Shown here piece after piece: positions 37,461-50,764 of a DNA stretch of 64,000 bases; position 1 is the stretch's first letter; each line of letters begins with the position of its first letter. Both the position numbers and the translations under genes were made by a program. Under the pieces are notes generated by a model. It was not told where the DNA came from, ran no database searches, and saw only the letters and a program-made list of their open reading frames with translations. Source of the stretch: Lytechinus pictus (taxonomy: Eukaryota); contig NC_087248.1 in the NCBI RefSeq assembly GCF_037042905.1, positions 25,544,001-25,608,000 of the forward strand, in the 5' to 3' direction.

Positions 37461-40400
37461 TCATCACCCAAAATGTAAGGTCATTTCGTCCAAAATAAAT
37501 TTGACAACCAAAAAAAAAAAAAAAAACGGTTATCACTTTCAAGTTCAAGCGGTGAATTATCGGATGGTCTTATACCACTAAGTCTTCTTATCAGTTCGTC
37601 CAAATTCACATAGTCTATACTCATTTCGTCTACAGCAAGTTCGGCAAATATCCAATTCGTCTAATTCCCACTTGGTCTAATATCCAATTCGTCTAATAGC
37701 CAAATGGTCTAATGACTACCTGGTCTAATATTCATTTGGTCTAATGACCACTTGGTCTTGTAGCCAAATGGTCTAATGACTACTTGGTCTAACTTTCTTT
37801 TATTTTTTCCTTCATTTTCCCCTTGAATTTTTTTCTTTCTTCTCAATTATTGTCTTTTATTTCGTCTTTTCTTTCTCTCCTTTATCCTTTTGTTCACCCT
37901 CCCTTCCAATTCTTTATAATTTTTCACTGGTGTAACACTGTGTAGCCTTCTTTGTCAATTGTCCCGTATTTCATTTTGTGAAATTTGGTCACCCTGGATA
38001 GGGATAAATCAGGGGATAACCTCAAATCAGGGGAAAATGCCTTAAATGAGGGCAAAATCAGGGAATTGTGATCGGCTCAAAAGTTGAAAGCACAATAGTC
38101 AGTCAGGCATTTTTAGTGTAGCTTCCTTTACTACAGTACAAGTAGGCCTACGGGTACATAATTAGAAATAATAATAGGCCTACATGTATATATGTAAACA
38201 AAATAATAATACAAGTAATTCACTGCAACAACTTAGGAAATATGAAATACTGGGAATGGGTTTGAATAATAATCATGGAATTTTTAAACTTCATCAGAGA
38301 AAAATCAGGGATTTTTGTTTTCTTGAAAAAACTGAACCCTGACTGTGTTAAGCAAGCCATTAACTATCTACAGTAGATCGTATAGGCTTACATAGATTTG
38401 GATGAATACTAATTTTACTTTTTTCACCTCTATGATTGTTTATCAGCGTTATTTTACAGAAAATAGCAAAGTTCATTGTTTTTCATCAAACCTTCAAACG
38501 TCCCCTTAAATAGACAAAATTTTCCCAAAATTTGTTTAATCCCTAAATATGTTTTCTTCTTCCACAAAGGCCTTTCAAAATCCCAAGATTTTCAAAATTT
38601 GAGGATGGAAATATGCCGTACGTCACTTTAACTGTACTCAAATATCGAGGGGCGCGTGTGTGAAGATTTGAAGCCGCGGCTTGAAACTTAACACTTTTTT
38701 ACAGAAATTCGAAAACAAGTCACCAAACTTTACAAATTAGACCAAGTGGCATGTAGACGAAATAAATGTTAGATTATCTGGAAATTAGACCAAGTGGAAA
38801 TTATCCGAAATGTAAATTAGACCAACTGCACATTAGACCAACTACACACTAGACAAACTGAGTAATGGACCAAGTGAGGATTAGCCGAACTGGGCATTAG
38901 ACCAGTTGGCTATAAGACCAAGTGGTCATTAGACCAATTGGCTATTAGACCAAGTGGTCATTAGACTAATTGGCTATTAGACCAAGTGGTCATTATACCA
39001 AAGGAGAATTGGCTACAAATGTCTTTTAAATATGGTTCTAACTTTGAGCATAAACCAATCAAAACATTCTTTGAATAAACTGACGTGAAGGGAGGGGGGG
39101 GGGGGTTGTTACACCCACAAATGTTATAATCGCCCACAAATGTAATAACACTTTACCCACAAATGTAATAATGCCCACAAATGTAATAACACTTTACCCA
39201 CAAATGTAATAACGCCCACAAATGTAATAACACTTTCCCCACAAATGTAATAATTTCACCCACAAATGTAATAATGCACTTTACCCACAAATGTAATAAT
39301 TTTTGATCGCCCACAAATGTAACAATGACTTTACCCACAAATGTAATAAATTTTAAGGGATTTTTGGCGAATCCGTTCCTATAGTAATACGTTCATATAC
39401 TCATATAGCACAAAAATGCAAAGTCTTTTTTCCAGGCCCGGTTGTTTCAAAAATTATAATATAAGTCTAACAATGAGTTACTGACCAAATCATTGCCATT
39501 AAAGAAACACAACTAGGCAAGTTAGGACAAGAATACTTACCACACACCTTACAATTTCACCCGTTTGTAGGAGCCGAATCATGATTTGAATCATGATTCA
39601 GATCATGATTCTAGGGTAAAAAAGTGGCGGATAAACGCATCCTTAATTACATTTAATTCCATAGCAATCTAATAAATATTTCAAATACGAAATTTGTTCC
39701 AAATTTTGAATGTTGCATCTCCTCCCAATACAATCTTTAAAATAATTCAAAATCTTTCCTTTCTGCAATATTCTTCTTTTAATTTGCCCCATTGTGATAT
39801 TTCTTCGTTCTGGGAAGTTTATATTGTGGCTGTAATGACCAATAATCATTTCACACATTATCACCCTTAATTCCATAATAATGATTCCCCTTTTCATTCT
39901 AATGTCTCCTTTGACCAGTCAGCAAATGAGTTTTCATTGAACAAAATATTGACCGTTTCATACTTATTTACTCTTTATATGTTTCCCCCTTTCTTCTGTA
40001 GTTTAATTTATTGATAATTTACCTTTATCATCCTCTGTAATATTCACATCATTCTAAACCACTGAGGCAACTTTCCAAGGCTCACCTACTACGTTCACTC
40101 GCTGAATTTCTCCCATAATTACACACCACTTGAAAGGCGGTCTTTGGTCATCGTTTTGTGCATCAATTATTGAAAATCTGCTTGCATTTGATATTCATGT
40201 CTTTATATCCTAACACATTCACTACAATATAGCCATTGAACAAAGTCATGATAGGCATGTAACAGTACACCCCGGGGGGGGGGCACTTCCATTCACGAGT
40301 GGATACCATGCGCGACCATGGGGTCTCGAAAAGCACCCTAAACACGTAATTTCCATATTCTGAAAATGCACCCCTTAACAAATATTGGCGCGTGAAACCC

Positions 40401-43400
40401 CTACCCTTAACAAGTATTGGAAACAAAACGATACTCTTGGCAAATGTTCCCTGAAATGAACCCCTAAAGCAGTACAGGAATGTTTTATTGTTAGGGTCCT
40501 TCGGTTGTCGGCTTTACTTTATTTGGTTTAGTACGACCCCACCTTCTACACCTCGCGCAAATCGGACTCTAAACACGAAGTGTTGGGGCAAAAAGGACGT
40601 CCTTTATAAAACATTTTAATTTTGTTTTATCATCCCCGAAAATTCGACCCTAAACACGTAATTTTCCTAGCGAAATAGATACCCTTTTTTCATTATTTTT
40701 GTGTTTTTGACACCCTTATCACGTTACGTACGTAACGTGCCCTATCGTGAAAAAAGACATCCTTTTTACGTGTTTTTTTGGTCGCGCATGGTATCCACTC
40801 CTCAATGTAAGTGCCCCCCCCCCCCCCGGGCAGTACACAAAGTATATACACGCGTCTACATAGCCCGTGCTGTGATAAAGTACACACCACTTGGAAGAGG
40901 TTTTCGGAAATCATTTTACAACTATTGAAAATTGGCTCGCTTGCATTTTTATATTCATATCTTTATATCCTAACACATTCACTACAATATAGCCATTGAA
41001 CAAAATCACGATAGGCTTGTAACTGAATTACTCATAGATGGTATAATGTAATCTACACAAAGTATAAACGCACGCATACATTGCCGTGATGTGATAAATT
41101 ACGTACTAATTGAAAAAGGTTTTTGGGAATCATTTTACAACTACTGAAAATTTGATCGATCGCTTCGCTTGCTCGCATATTGATATCAGTTGTAAATCAT
41201 TACTTTATAGCCATGAAGACATCGTTATATGAAAGATGGTAGTATTATGTACATATGTATCGTTATACATAGCCCTTGGTGTGGAATGTCACTAAAATTT
41301 ATATATTTTTGTCAATATATTGCTATCATCCCCCACTACTTGGACCTCATTTACGCCAGTGGAGAATCAAACTTTACAATTTGATAAATAAAAGAGAGAA
41401 AAAAATGTGTTTGTGATTGTAAATGTTTTTTTCATGGGATATTATTCGGTTGTTGAAGAATCAAATACCAAGTACAAAGCATATTTAGAAGCTACGTTAA
41501 ATAATTGAGCTAGTCGGGCTACATACAAATAGCTCAATGGGTTATTATTGATAAATTCATTTTTTGCAGATTCTAAAAATAAGAATGAAAAGAGAAACAA
41601 TGATTCCTGAATTTTCAATGGCCTGGACCTGTTTACTATTGACTATTAAATTACAATTGATTTTAATAACAATTCAAGAAAAGATTCATTGCAAAGTGGA
41701 ATTTACAAATTTAGTTTATATAAGGTATTATAGCCTCATGAGACAATTTTAAGATCATTATAATTTCATTAAGTACTTTTTCTTTACATATAAAAAATCT
41801 CCAAATAAATATTACCTTTGCAATTGATGCCATCGATGCCAGTGTTGAGTAGAAGTCATCATGATAGCTACCATCGAGTGTGAGGTTCTTCAGATGATTC
41901 ATCTTACAGATGAACTGAGCGAGATCACGTGATGCAGACGGGCGTTCACTGAGATTCCCATCGTGCCGAAGTGTCTCAGTCTGATATAATAGTTACGTCA
42001 AAATGAATTAAAAATTATTTTACATTCCTTACATTCCAGTGAGTATTGAAATCATATATACCATATCAATACTTAATTTCAACAACATAATAAGACGCTA
42101 ATGTTGTATGACAGTATTCATGATAAAAGATCAATGTAATAAAACAAAAATCAACAACAACTGAAATGTGTTTTACATTTCCTTTTGAGTGTCTCCTATA
42201 ACACTTTACCCCTCATTTTGGAAATTGTCATCCCAATTATTAACTGAAAACAGATATAGTAATACAAGTTTAATACAATTTTTTTTTTACATAAGGTTCA
42301 TTTCGCAACATAGCATCGTTCCACCGGTTTGTAGCAGAAAGCACACAGTCCTAAAAGTTAAAAGAGTAACTAATATTCAAAATGTTTATTGCGAGGTTTT
42401 TAGCTTTCAAATAATAACGAATTAGAAGCGGTTTATCGAACAACATGTATCCAATATGACTTTATCTTAACGGTTTTCATAATACATTAAAAGGAATTGG
42501 ATAGGAGAACGAATCATTGTTTGATTATAAGTAGTAATAATTTACATTATTTTAGTCTGGTCCTTGGATCACAATGCTTGTTTCGTTCGAATTATAAACC
42601 TAATAGCCTTCATTTATTGCACCACCTTATTACTACACTGGAACTATATTGAAATTAATGATTGGTATAATATACAGAATACATATATTGTTGAGCGAGA
42701 TATGTATTTTGTTTATCACAATATAGTATAGTATAGTATAGTAATGGTTTATTGACAATATATACATGCTTGGCAGCCGGTGGCTGAAATATACATGTTT
42801 ACAAAATGAGAACATACAAAGATATTTTACAAAGAGTACATAATTAAAAAGAAAAACAATCATTCAATACATAGTAGATTAAATTACACAAAGATTTTCA
42901 TTATTATGGATCTAATTAAGTAGTTCTAAGTATAAGTGGAAAGATAAATCGCTTTCAATCAAATATTGCATGAAAAGACAAAAGAATGCTAAATGAAATC
43001 AAATGGTAAAACAAAAGAAAATCATATTCAGGAGGTCAGCAAAAATCTAAATATAGATCAAGCATGTCAAATGTATGTTGTATCATTGTTAATCATGTTA
43101 ATACATATTAGGTCATTAATCCATGCCTGTTCTATATCTAATTGCTCCCTTTTTCTTCAAAACGCTGTGGCGGCTGGGACGGGTGTGACGGATGACACGG
43201 GATAAATCTCTGTTCCACTCCGATATTTATTATTGCTACATTTTGGTTCTCTCCCTTTTCCTTCAAAACGATGTGGCGGCTTGGGTAGGTGTGGCGGATT
43301 ACGAGGGATTCATCTTTTTTACACCACCGTTCCACCCCAAAGAGAACGAAAATGGATAAATAATAAAATAGCCCTCCATCGGGGATGAACAGTGTTGTAA

Positions 43401-46400
43401 AGAAAAAAAGATGAACCCCTCGTCAGCCGCCACACCCGCCCCAGCCGTCACAACGGTAAAAAAGTAAATTTGCCAGTACAACCAAGGGTGAATAATTCCC
43501 TCTTTAATTTCGAAATAAAAGGCCTGGAATATCTATTTTTTAATCCTACTTTAACACTGTATTTTGAGGTATGTTATTTTGTAGAGAATGTATAATTATG
43601 AAATTGTGTTATTTGTACAATTCATTGTGTTTCATCCGATTTGTAGTGAAATAATCGAAATGAGGATAAACAATTATTTTGTATTGCAGTCTTGTAACTT
43701 TTTTTTGTAAAAACCGGGGACTTAAAATAAATTCTAAGTGTCTTTAAAAGAGTGGACATTCGCACTGACTTGTGCTGTTAACTTCAAAATCAATGGATTG
43801 GTAACAGCATCAAAACGATTCAAAGCGCATGTATAAAACATGTTGAATTAAGACAAAGATGAGCAGCATATTCAGCATGTTCAGGGATAAAGAACGATAT
43901 ATAAATTTATGTTAAGAAATGTACTACTAAACCCGCCATTTTTGATTAGCTTTTTCAACTAAAAAATCGTCATAGAACGTAAATTGGTGTTCAATCTGTC
44001 ATAATTATTAGCCGATAGAATCTAATAAAACTTGATTCCATCTACTCCGTATCAAATATTATATTTTGGCAGGGTTCAGTTCAATTCCAAGCATTATCCT
44101 CAATTTATCTGAAGGAAATCTTGAAATGCAATCATTTAAGGCCTGGTGTAATCTATGTATAGGCATATCAATCTCGTGCTTTTGCCTATGCAGCCCAAAA
44201 ATTATGGAATGGTTTGCCGTATGTAATAAGATCCTGTCCATCAGTAGAAACGTTCAAACTTAAACTAAAAACCTATCTGGTTAAATAATTCCCATACATC
44301 TTTTTACCCCCTTTTCTAATTATGTTCTCAAGCATTTCACCACCTCTTAATTGCAGCGCAATAGAATATATGCATATAGTTTCTGCGCTATATAAATCAA
44401 TATATATATATATATGTATATATATATCCTCCCATGTTTTGGCTTGTTTATCACCAAATTAAAACAAGTATACCAAACAGAACAAGTGGAACGCCTCTGA
44501 CAGTCTCGCCTACATTACGGAATTCGATATAGCAGCAGTGCTTCCTTTGAAAAAAAAGCTAATGAATAACTATTCACAGAAAAAACACAAATATTATAAC
44601 GATGATTATGTCAATTGACCCAAATTGACCTTTGACCATGATCATATGACCTAAGGCATGTGCAAAATAATCATTCATACTTGATGACCCTTAGGTCGAT
44701 GTTTCATGAGCAAGTACCATAAACTTCCCAAGTTCAACACATACATGTACTCCCAACACGGCCAGAGTTCGTTGACTTCTAAGTGACCTTTAATCTTGGC
44801 CATGTTCCTGAAACACACACAGGGTATTCAGGGATAAATTGCTGCTCTTACGTCCAAGTTTCATGAACTAAATCCATAGACTTTTAAAGTTATGGTAATT
44901 CCACAAATATCCCAAACATTTGTTGAACCTAAATATCCTTTGACCTTGGTAATGTGACCTGAAACTAGCACATGATATTCAAGGATACTTGATTGCTCTT
45001 ATGTTCAAGTTTCATGAACTAGATCCATGAACTTTTAAGGTTATGATGACAATTTCTCAAATAACCCCAACATGGCCATGTATTTTCTAAGTTATGATTA
45101 CATTTCAAAAACTTAACCTTGGTTAAGATTTCAATGTTGACGACGCCGCCGTCGCCGCCGTCGGATAAGCGCCGCCTGTAGTCTCGCTGTCCTATGCAGG
45201 CGAGACAAAAATGTATTTCTTATAGGTACACTACTATTCATGCATGTAGATTTGTTAAAAATTTCAAGCTATTGGATTTTGAGAAATTCAACAAACCTGT
45301 ATTGCTTTCTTATGTTTCTTTTCTTTTCTGCTTTATTTTTTGTGCGTTGTTTTATGTATTTTTTATCAAAATGTAACGTACTCATACTCAGACTTAATTA
45401 TGAAATATGTTACTCTGACATTTCTGTATAATCATGAAATGGTTATACCAAACAAGTGGAATGTCTCTGGCGGTCTCCCCTGCATCACGCGATTAAATAT
45501 AGCAGCAGTGCAGACTTTGAAAACTACTATAACTCGCACAAGATGTTCAGTGATACTTGGTTACTCTTATTTCCACGTTTTATGAACTAGACCAATACAC
45601 TTACAGAGATATGATGGTAATTCAACAAATACCACCAACGTGGCCAAAGTTCATTGACCTTACATGACCTTTGACCTTGATCATGTGACCTGAAACCTGC
45701 ACAGGATGCTCAGTGATACTTGATAACTCTTATGTCCAGGTTTCACGAGTCAGATCCATAAACTTTCAAAGTTATGATGGTAATTCAACAAATACCCCCA
45801 TTATGGCCAAAGTTCATTGACCTTTGATCTTGGTCATGTGACCTAAAATGCGCACTGGATGTTCAGTGATACTTGATTACTCTAATGTCCAAGTTTTATG
45901 AACATACTTTCTAAGTTATGATGGTAATTCAACAAATACCCCCAATTTGGCGAAATTTCTTTGACCCTAAATGACCTTTGACCTTGATCATGTGACGTGA
46001 AACGCATGCAGGACTCTAAGTAATACTTGATTAATCTTATGTCTAAGTTTCATGAACTAGGTTCATATATTTATAAGTTATGATGACATTTCAAAAACTT
46101 AACCTTAGGTTAAGATTTTGATGTTGATTCCCCCAACATGGTCTAAGTTCATTGACCCTAAATGACCTTTGACCTTGGTAATGTGACATGAAACACAGGC
46201 AGGATGTTTAGTGATACTTGATTAATAATAAGGCCAAGTTTCATGAACTAGGTCTATATACTTTCTAAGTTATGCTGTCATTTCAGAAACTTAACATCAG
46301 GTTAAGATTTGGTGTTGACGCCGCCGCCGCCGCCGTCGCGGCCGTCGGAAAAGTGGCACCTATAATCTCACTCTGCTATGCAGGTGAGACAAAAATAGTG

Positions 46401-49400
46401 TAAAAATAATAATGTGATTTATTTTCAGTTTATTCTAATTTTAGAATAAAATAATTATTTACACAATAAAATTACCGTTTTTATACAAAACTATGTAAAT
46501 TATTGATACAACGCTGTTTAATATAAATGTATTTAGTACAGATTAAAGAAGTGTTTAAAATCATAAATAAACGAAGTTGTAACATATTAAATCATCAATC
46601 AAGCATGATTGTTTAACATGTAAAAAACTTATAAGCAGCAATGCATTAAATCTTAAAGAACATATTTATCTTCCACATTAACATGTTTATCTGTGTTTGT
46701 TTTTAACATTGCATCATTCCTTGTGGCTGCACTGATTGGGGGAAATTGCGGATGATGCTAGGAATGACAACGTTGAATAGAACTCTTCATGAAGTAAGGG
46801 ATTGGTGATTTTGAAAATTGACGTCTTTCCATCACTTGGTTTTTCTAACCTTGTAATTTTTTGGACTTCATAGAAATGCATTGTGCTGAAATAAATTGTA
46901 CAGCATTTTTTGCACGAGAGGGCTGTTTATGATAAATTTGTTATGCTAAGTGTCAATATTCTAAAATGTTAAGTTGATTGACTTTTACCAGCTCACCGGG
47001 GTCAAAGGTCAAAACTTATAACGCACACCAATTATCTCTAGAATATAAAGATGCCATACAAATCAATATTAAATCATTATTTTCCAACAAAACCATGTCT
47101 ATCGTGAAACAATGATGCAAAAAGAAAAATATTTTGATATTTGGCAAGTTTGAAGCCCGGGTTTGGAGTTGGTTGACTAAAGCCCCAGTCACATATAGAC
47201 ACGGATCATCACGGATCAACACGGCAATGCCGGCATGATCCGGGGAGGTCCGGGATCGTTTTGCCCCGGATTGAGCGTTGATGACTGTAAACACGGCATC
47301 TACACGGCATATTCACACGGATCTACACGGACCATGCCGGCAGAGCACGTCGTCAACACGGACCAACACGTCAGCAACACGGACCTACACGTCAGCAACA
47401 CGGACCAACACGTCAGCTACACGGACAGACACGTCAGCAACACGGACCAACACGTCAGCTACAAGGACCAACACGGACCAACACGTCAGCAACACGGACC
47501 AACACGTCAGCTACAAGGACCATCACGGACCAACACGTCAGCAACACGGACCAACACGTCAGCTACACGGACCAACACGTCAGCTCAAGGACCAACACTG
47601 CAGCTATATTGACCAGCATGGCAAATGAAAATCTGCTCATAATAATGAGCTGATATTTATTTATGTATTTATTTTTCTCATCCTTGTCGCAACATTATAT
47701 TATGCTGTTTTTAAAAAAAATATCAAAACTTAAAACTTCCTTAACCCTTTGCGTGCGACGGGCTTCCACAGAAGCCCAGCGAGTTGTTCACTTAGCTACG
47801 ACGGGCTTCTACAGAAGCCGAGATTTTTTTGGTCTAATTCGATGAAGTTTTTCAGCTTTTTCGTAATTGTTATGTACTAAAACCTCTGCCATTATTTCCT
47901 TTATAAACCTATTTCGATAACAGAATGAAAAAAATATACAGCTACGTGGGGAAAAATCCCGAAAATAGGAAATCATTTCAAGTTTACCCGATTTTTTCGT
48001 TGGATTCAGACGGGGACGAATAAATTTGGTGACGAGCACGTACGCGCGCGCAAAAGGCCTGATCACGTGACGTGTTCGGATCACGTGATTTGATCCATAT
48101 CGTACACCAACATCTTTTCTGCAAGATCGTCACGTAATGAGCTACGCGTTTATTCACCATTTCCGTCTTATTATTTGTTTCATCAAGGAGATTTCACTCT
48201 AGAATGATATCTCCTCGGTTTCATCGATCGATTGTATTTTCAGAAACACAGAATAGCTTGTACGAGAGTAATGTCTTAGTACTTTGAGCTGATCTCGGTA
48301 CACTTTTGAACTTTTTCACTATAATCATCTCTCTTCTTCTCATTATTTTTGTCTACTATTCTGTAAAAAAAAAAGAAAAAATAAAGCAGTTTAGCGCACC
48401 ATTCATCTTATGCTGTTTTCAAAAGAAAAACGTCCATGTTTTTCATGATATCCGCACTACCCGAACAAAAGAAGGTCAGGGCGGCCACTCAAACAAAATC
48501 CTTCCGAAAAGAGCAGGATACAGATGGTCAACGCCCCGAACAAAAGGAAGATTAGTGTTTATCGAGAGGATGACTTATTGAATGCTTTTCGTACTTAGCA
48601 ATACAAAAAGCTTTTATGAATACTTTTTTTTATTTCGACCAACATACCGGAACTAAAAACAACAAACTTTGTCTCATTTACCAACAACTCGTAGGTGCTT
48701 ATGACATCCGTCAGTGATTCAAAGCGCTTCCCCTTGGTGATGATGCATATAAGGATGACAGAAGAACCATTTAGGGAAATTGTATAAAAAAATGTTCAGA
48801 TGTCACGGAGAACGAGAGAGAATGAGAGACAGAGAATAAAAGGGTTAATAGACAAGTGCGCTTTGCTAAAATCCATGAATATCCACTTAAACGAATAACA
48901 ACATGACTTTATTTTTGGTTATAGATTACTAAAAAAAAATCCCACAACGTTTGTTTGTCGCAACTCGGTCTTCAGACCCTTGTCAAACTGATGACTTTTT
49001 TTTTTTATTATTCTAGTTTGACATACCCCTTCCCCCTCCAGATAGAAATGTTCTGACCTGCACTCTAATATTGCTTGTTTGTCTCCTCTCTCCGATTTTC
49101 TGGGGGGTTTTTCGCCAATTTCTTAATTTTTTTTTAACCGGCGAAAAGCGTGGTAGAAAAGATTTATTTAGAAAAAATCCGACCCACCCGTTTTTGTTCC
49201 CGTTACTGCAAACAAACATTTAAGTCGCTTACCCTGGTTAGCAGCAAAACCAAAATATCTTATTTCTTACATAAAAAAACAGGGGCCGCTGAGCGTTTTT
49301 GATAATGGAGGGGTTGAGCCGATAGTTGGAGGGAGTGCACCGGCTAAAAGAAAAATTACAAATTTATATAGACTTCGGATTTTTTGTATATGTTTGCTGA

Positions 49401-50727
49401 AGGGGAGAGGACTGAAACTTCCTACCAACTCCGCCGCTTCTGTACTATTAGATTGAACGATTAAAACGATAGAGGCAAAAGTGAATTATATAATAATAAT
49501 AATAATAATAATATGCAACATTTATATAGCAATTATAATACAAATGTTTCTAAGCGCTGCATACTATTACTATTATGATTTGTTTTAATGATTTATTTAT
49601 TACCATGATTATTTCATGTGTTTTTGGTTGTGAAATCAAGGAGACACATAAAAAATAGAACAAAACGAAAGAACAAATAAAAAACACTTTTAATTGTAGA
49701 TGTTATAATTTATTCAAGAAAAAATCATTTCTCTTACTTTTAGTAGTTGCTAGCATGGCTCTTTTTGAGGGAAAAGTAAAATAAAGAAAGAAACGTAGAA
49801 AGTGACAAGGAGAGAGTCGGGAGGTATGATTTCAGACTTACAATTTTAGTCACTCGTACTCGTGTAACTTTGAAATAATTTCAGGATATTACAAATCGAA
49901 TACTGGTGCGCAAACTTCAGGAAGAAAATTATTTTACTATTACAATAGCTGCGTGGCAAATTGAATTAATTGAGACATATAATTTACGAAAAAAAATCTT
50001 TAAAAAAATGACTTTTAGTGAAAGATGGAGGCCTCTGTCTTGCCATATCCTTAAGCCCCAAGTTCACAAAAAATAGATTAGTCGTGCATTTTCTTTTGCG
50101 ATAGATATCTACCCACGTTATTGGAAATGGAAGATGATATAAAATTTATTGTGAAATGAGAGTTACAATACTGTAGTAGTTTTAAAAGATTTTTCGGGAC
50201 TTTTTTTGAGAACCTGGGAGAAAACCCCCCTAAATTTTCGACATGATGGCCACGATGCAATAGGATGAGAGGCTCACAAATGCAACAATCTCTGATCAAT
50301 ACAAGTTGGCAAAATCGAGGCATACTCTCGGAACGATTTCCGATGAAGAGAGAGAAAGAGAGAGAGAGGGGGGGGGGGGGGGAGTTAGAAGTAATGTAAA
50401 ATGACAGGAACTGAGAAGAAATAAATCAGAGAGAATGGATAGAGGGGGATGGGGCGGGTATATACCTCGTAATCCAAATCGGGGAGAAGGAAGACGATAC
50501 ATATATCATTGAAATGAGAAGAACTAAGAGGGGAGGGGATATAGAAATACATTAGATATAGGAAAGGGAATGAAAGCGGTAGATAATACATTCAGTTACA
50601 GGTTAGAAACCAGGGAAAGGGAAAACGAAAAAACAATCCCTTGGTACCGTTTTAAAATACATGTATTTAAATACATGTAGACTACTACACTTTATATTGA
50701 CAAATGCGCAATAACCCCCCCCCCCCC

Positions 50728-50764
<37 letters not shown>

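Larger units (their letters stand above)
27240..44060. repeat. Array of tandem segmental duplications (intron + LRR exon units)
   Basis: Recurring blocks include 30170-31820, 31820-33670, 34560-37200 and 41120-43520; also 27240-28870 vs 37300-41340 and 33660-34390 vs 43510-44055. Confidence 0.9.

Noticed and set aside
47235-47628. ORFs with (TRTNTSA)n / (TDQHVSN)n repeats, mirrored at 53753-54140
   Set aside because: They are translations of the foldback's 21-bp subterminal repeats and are open in several frames, so not genes.
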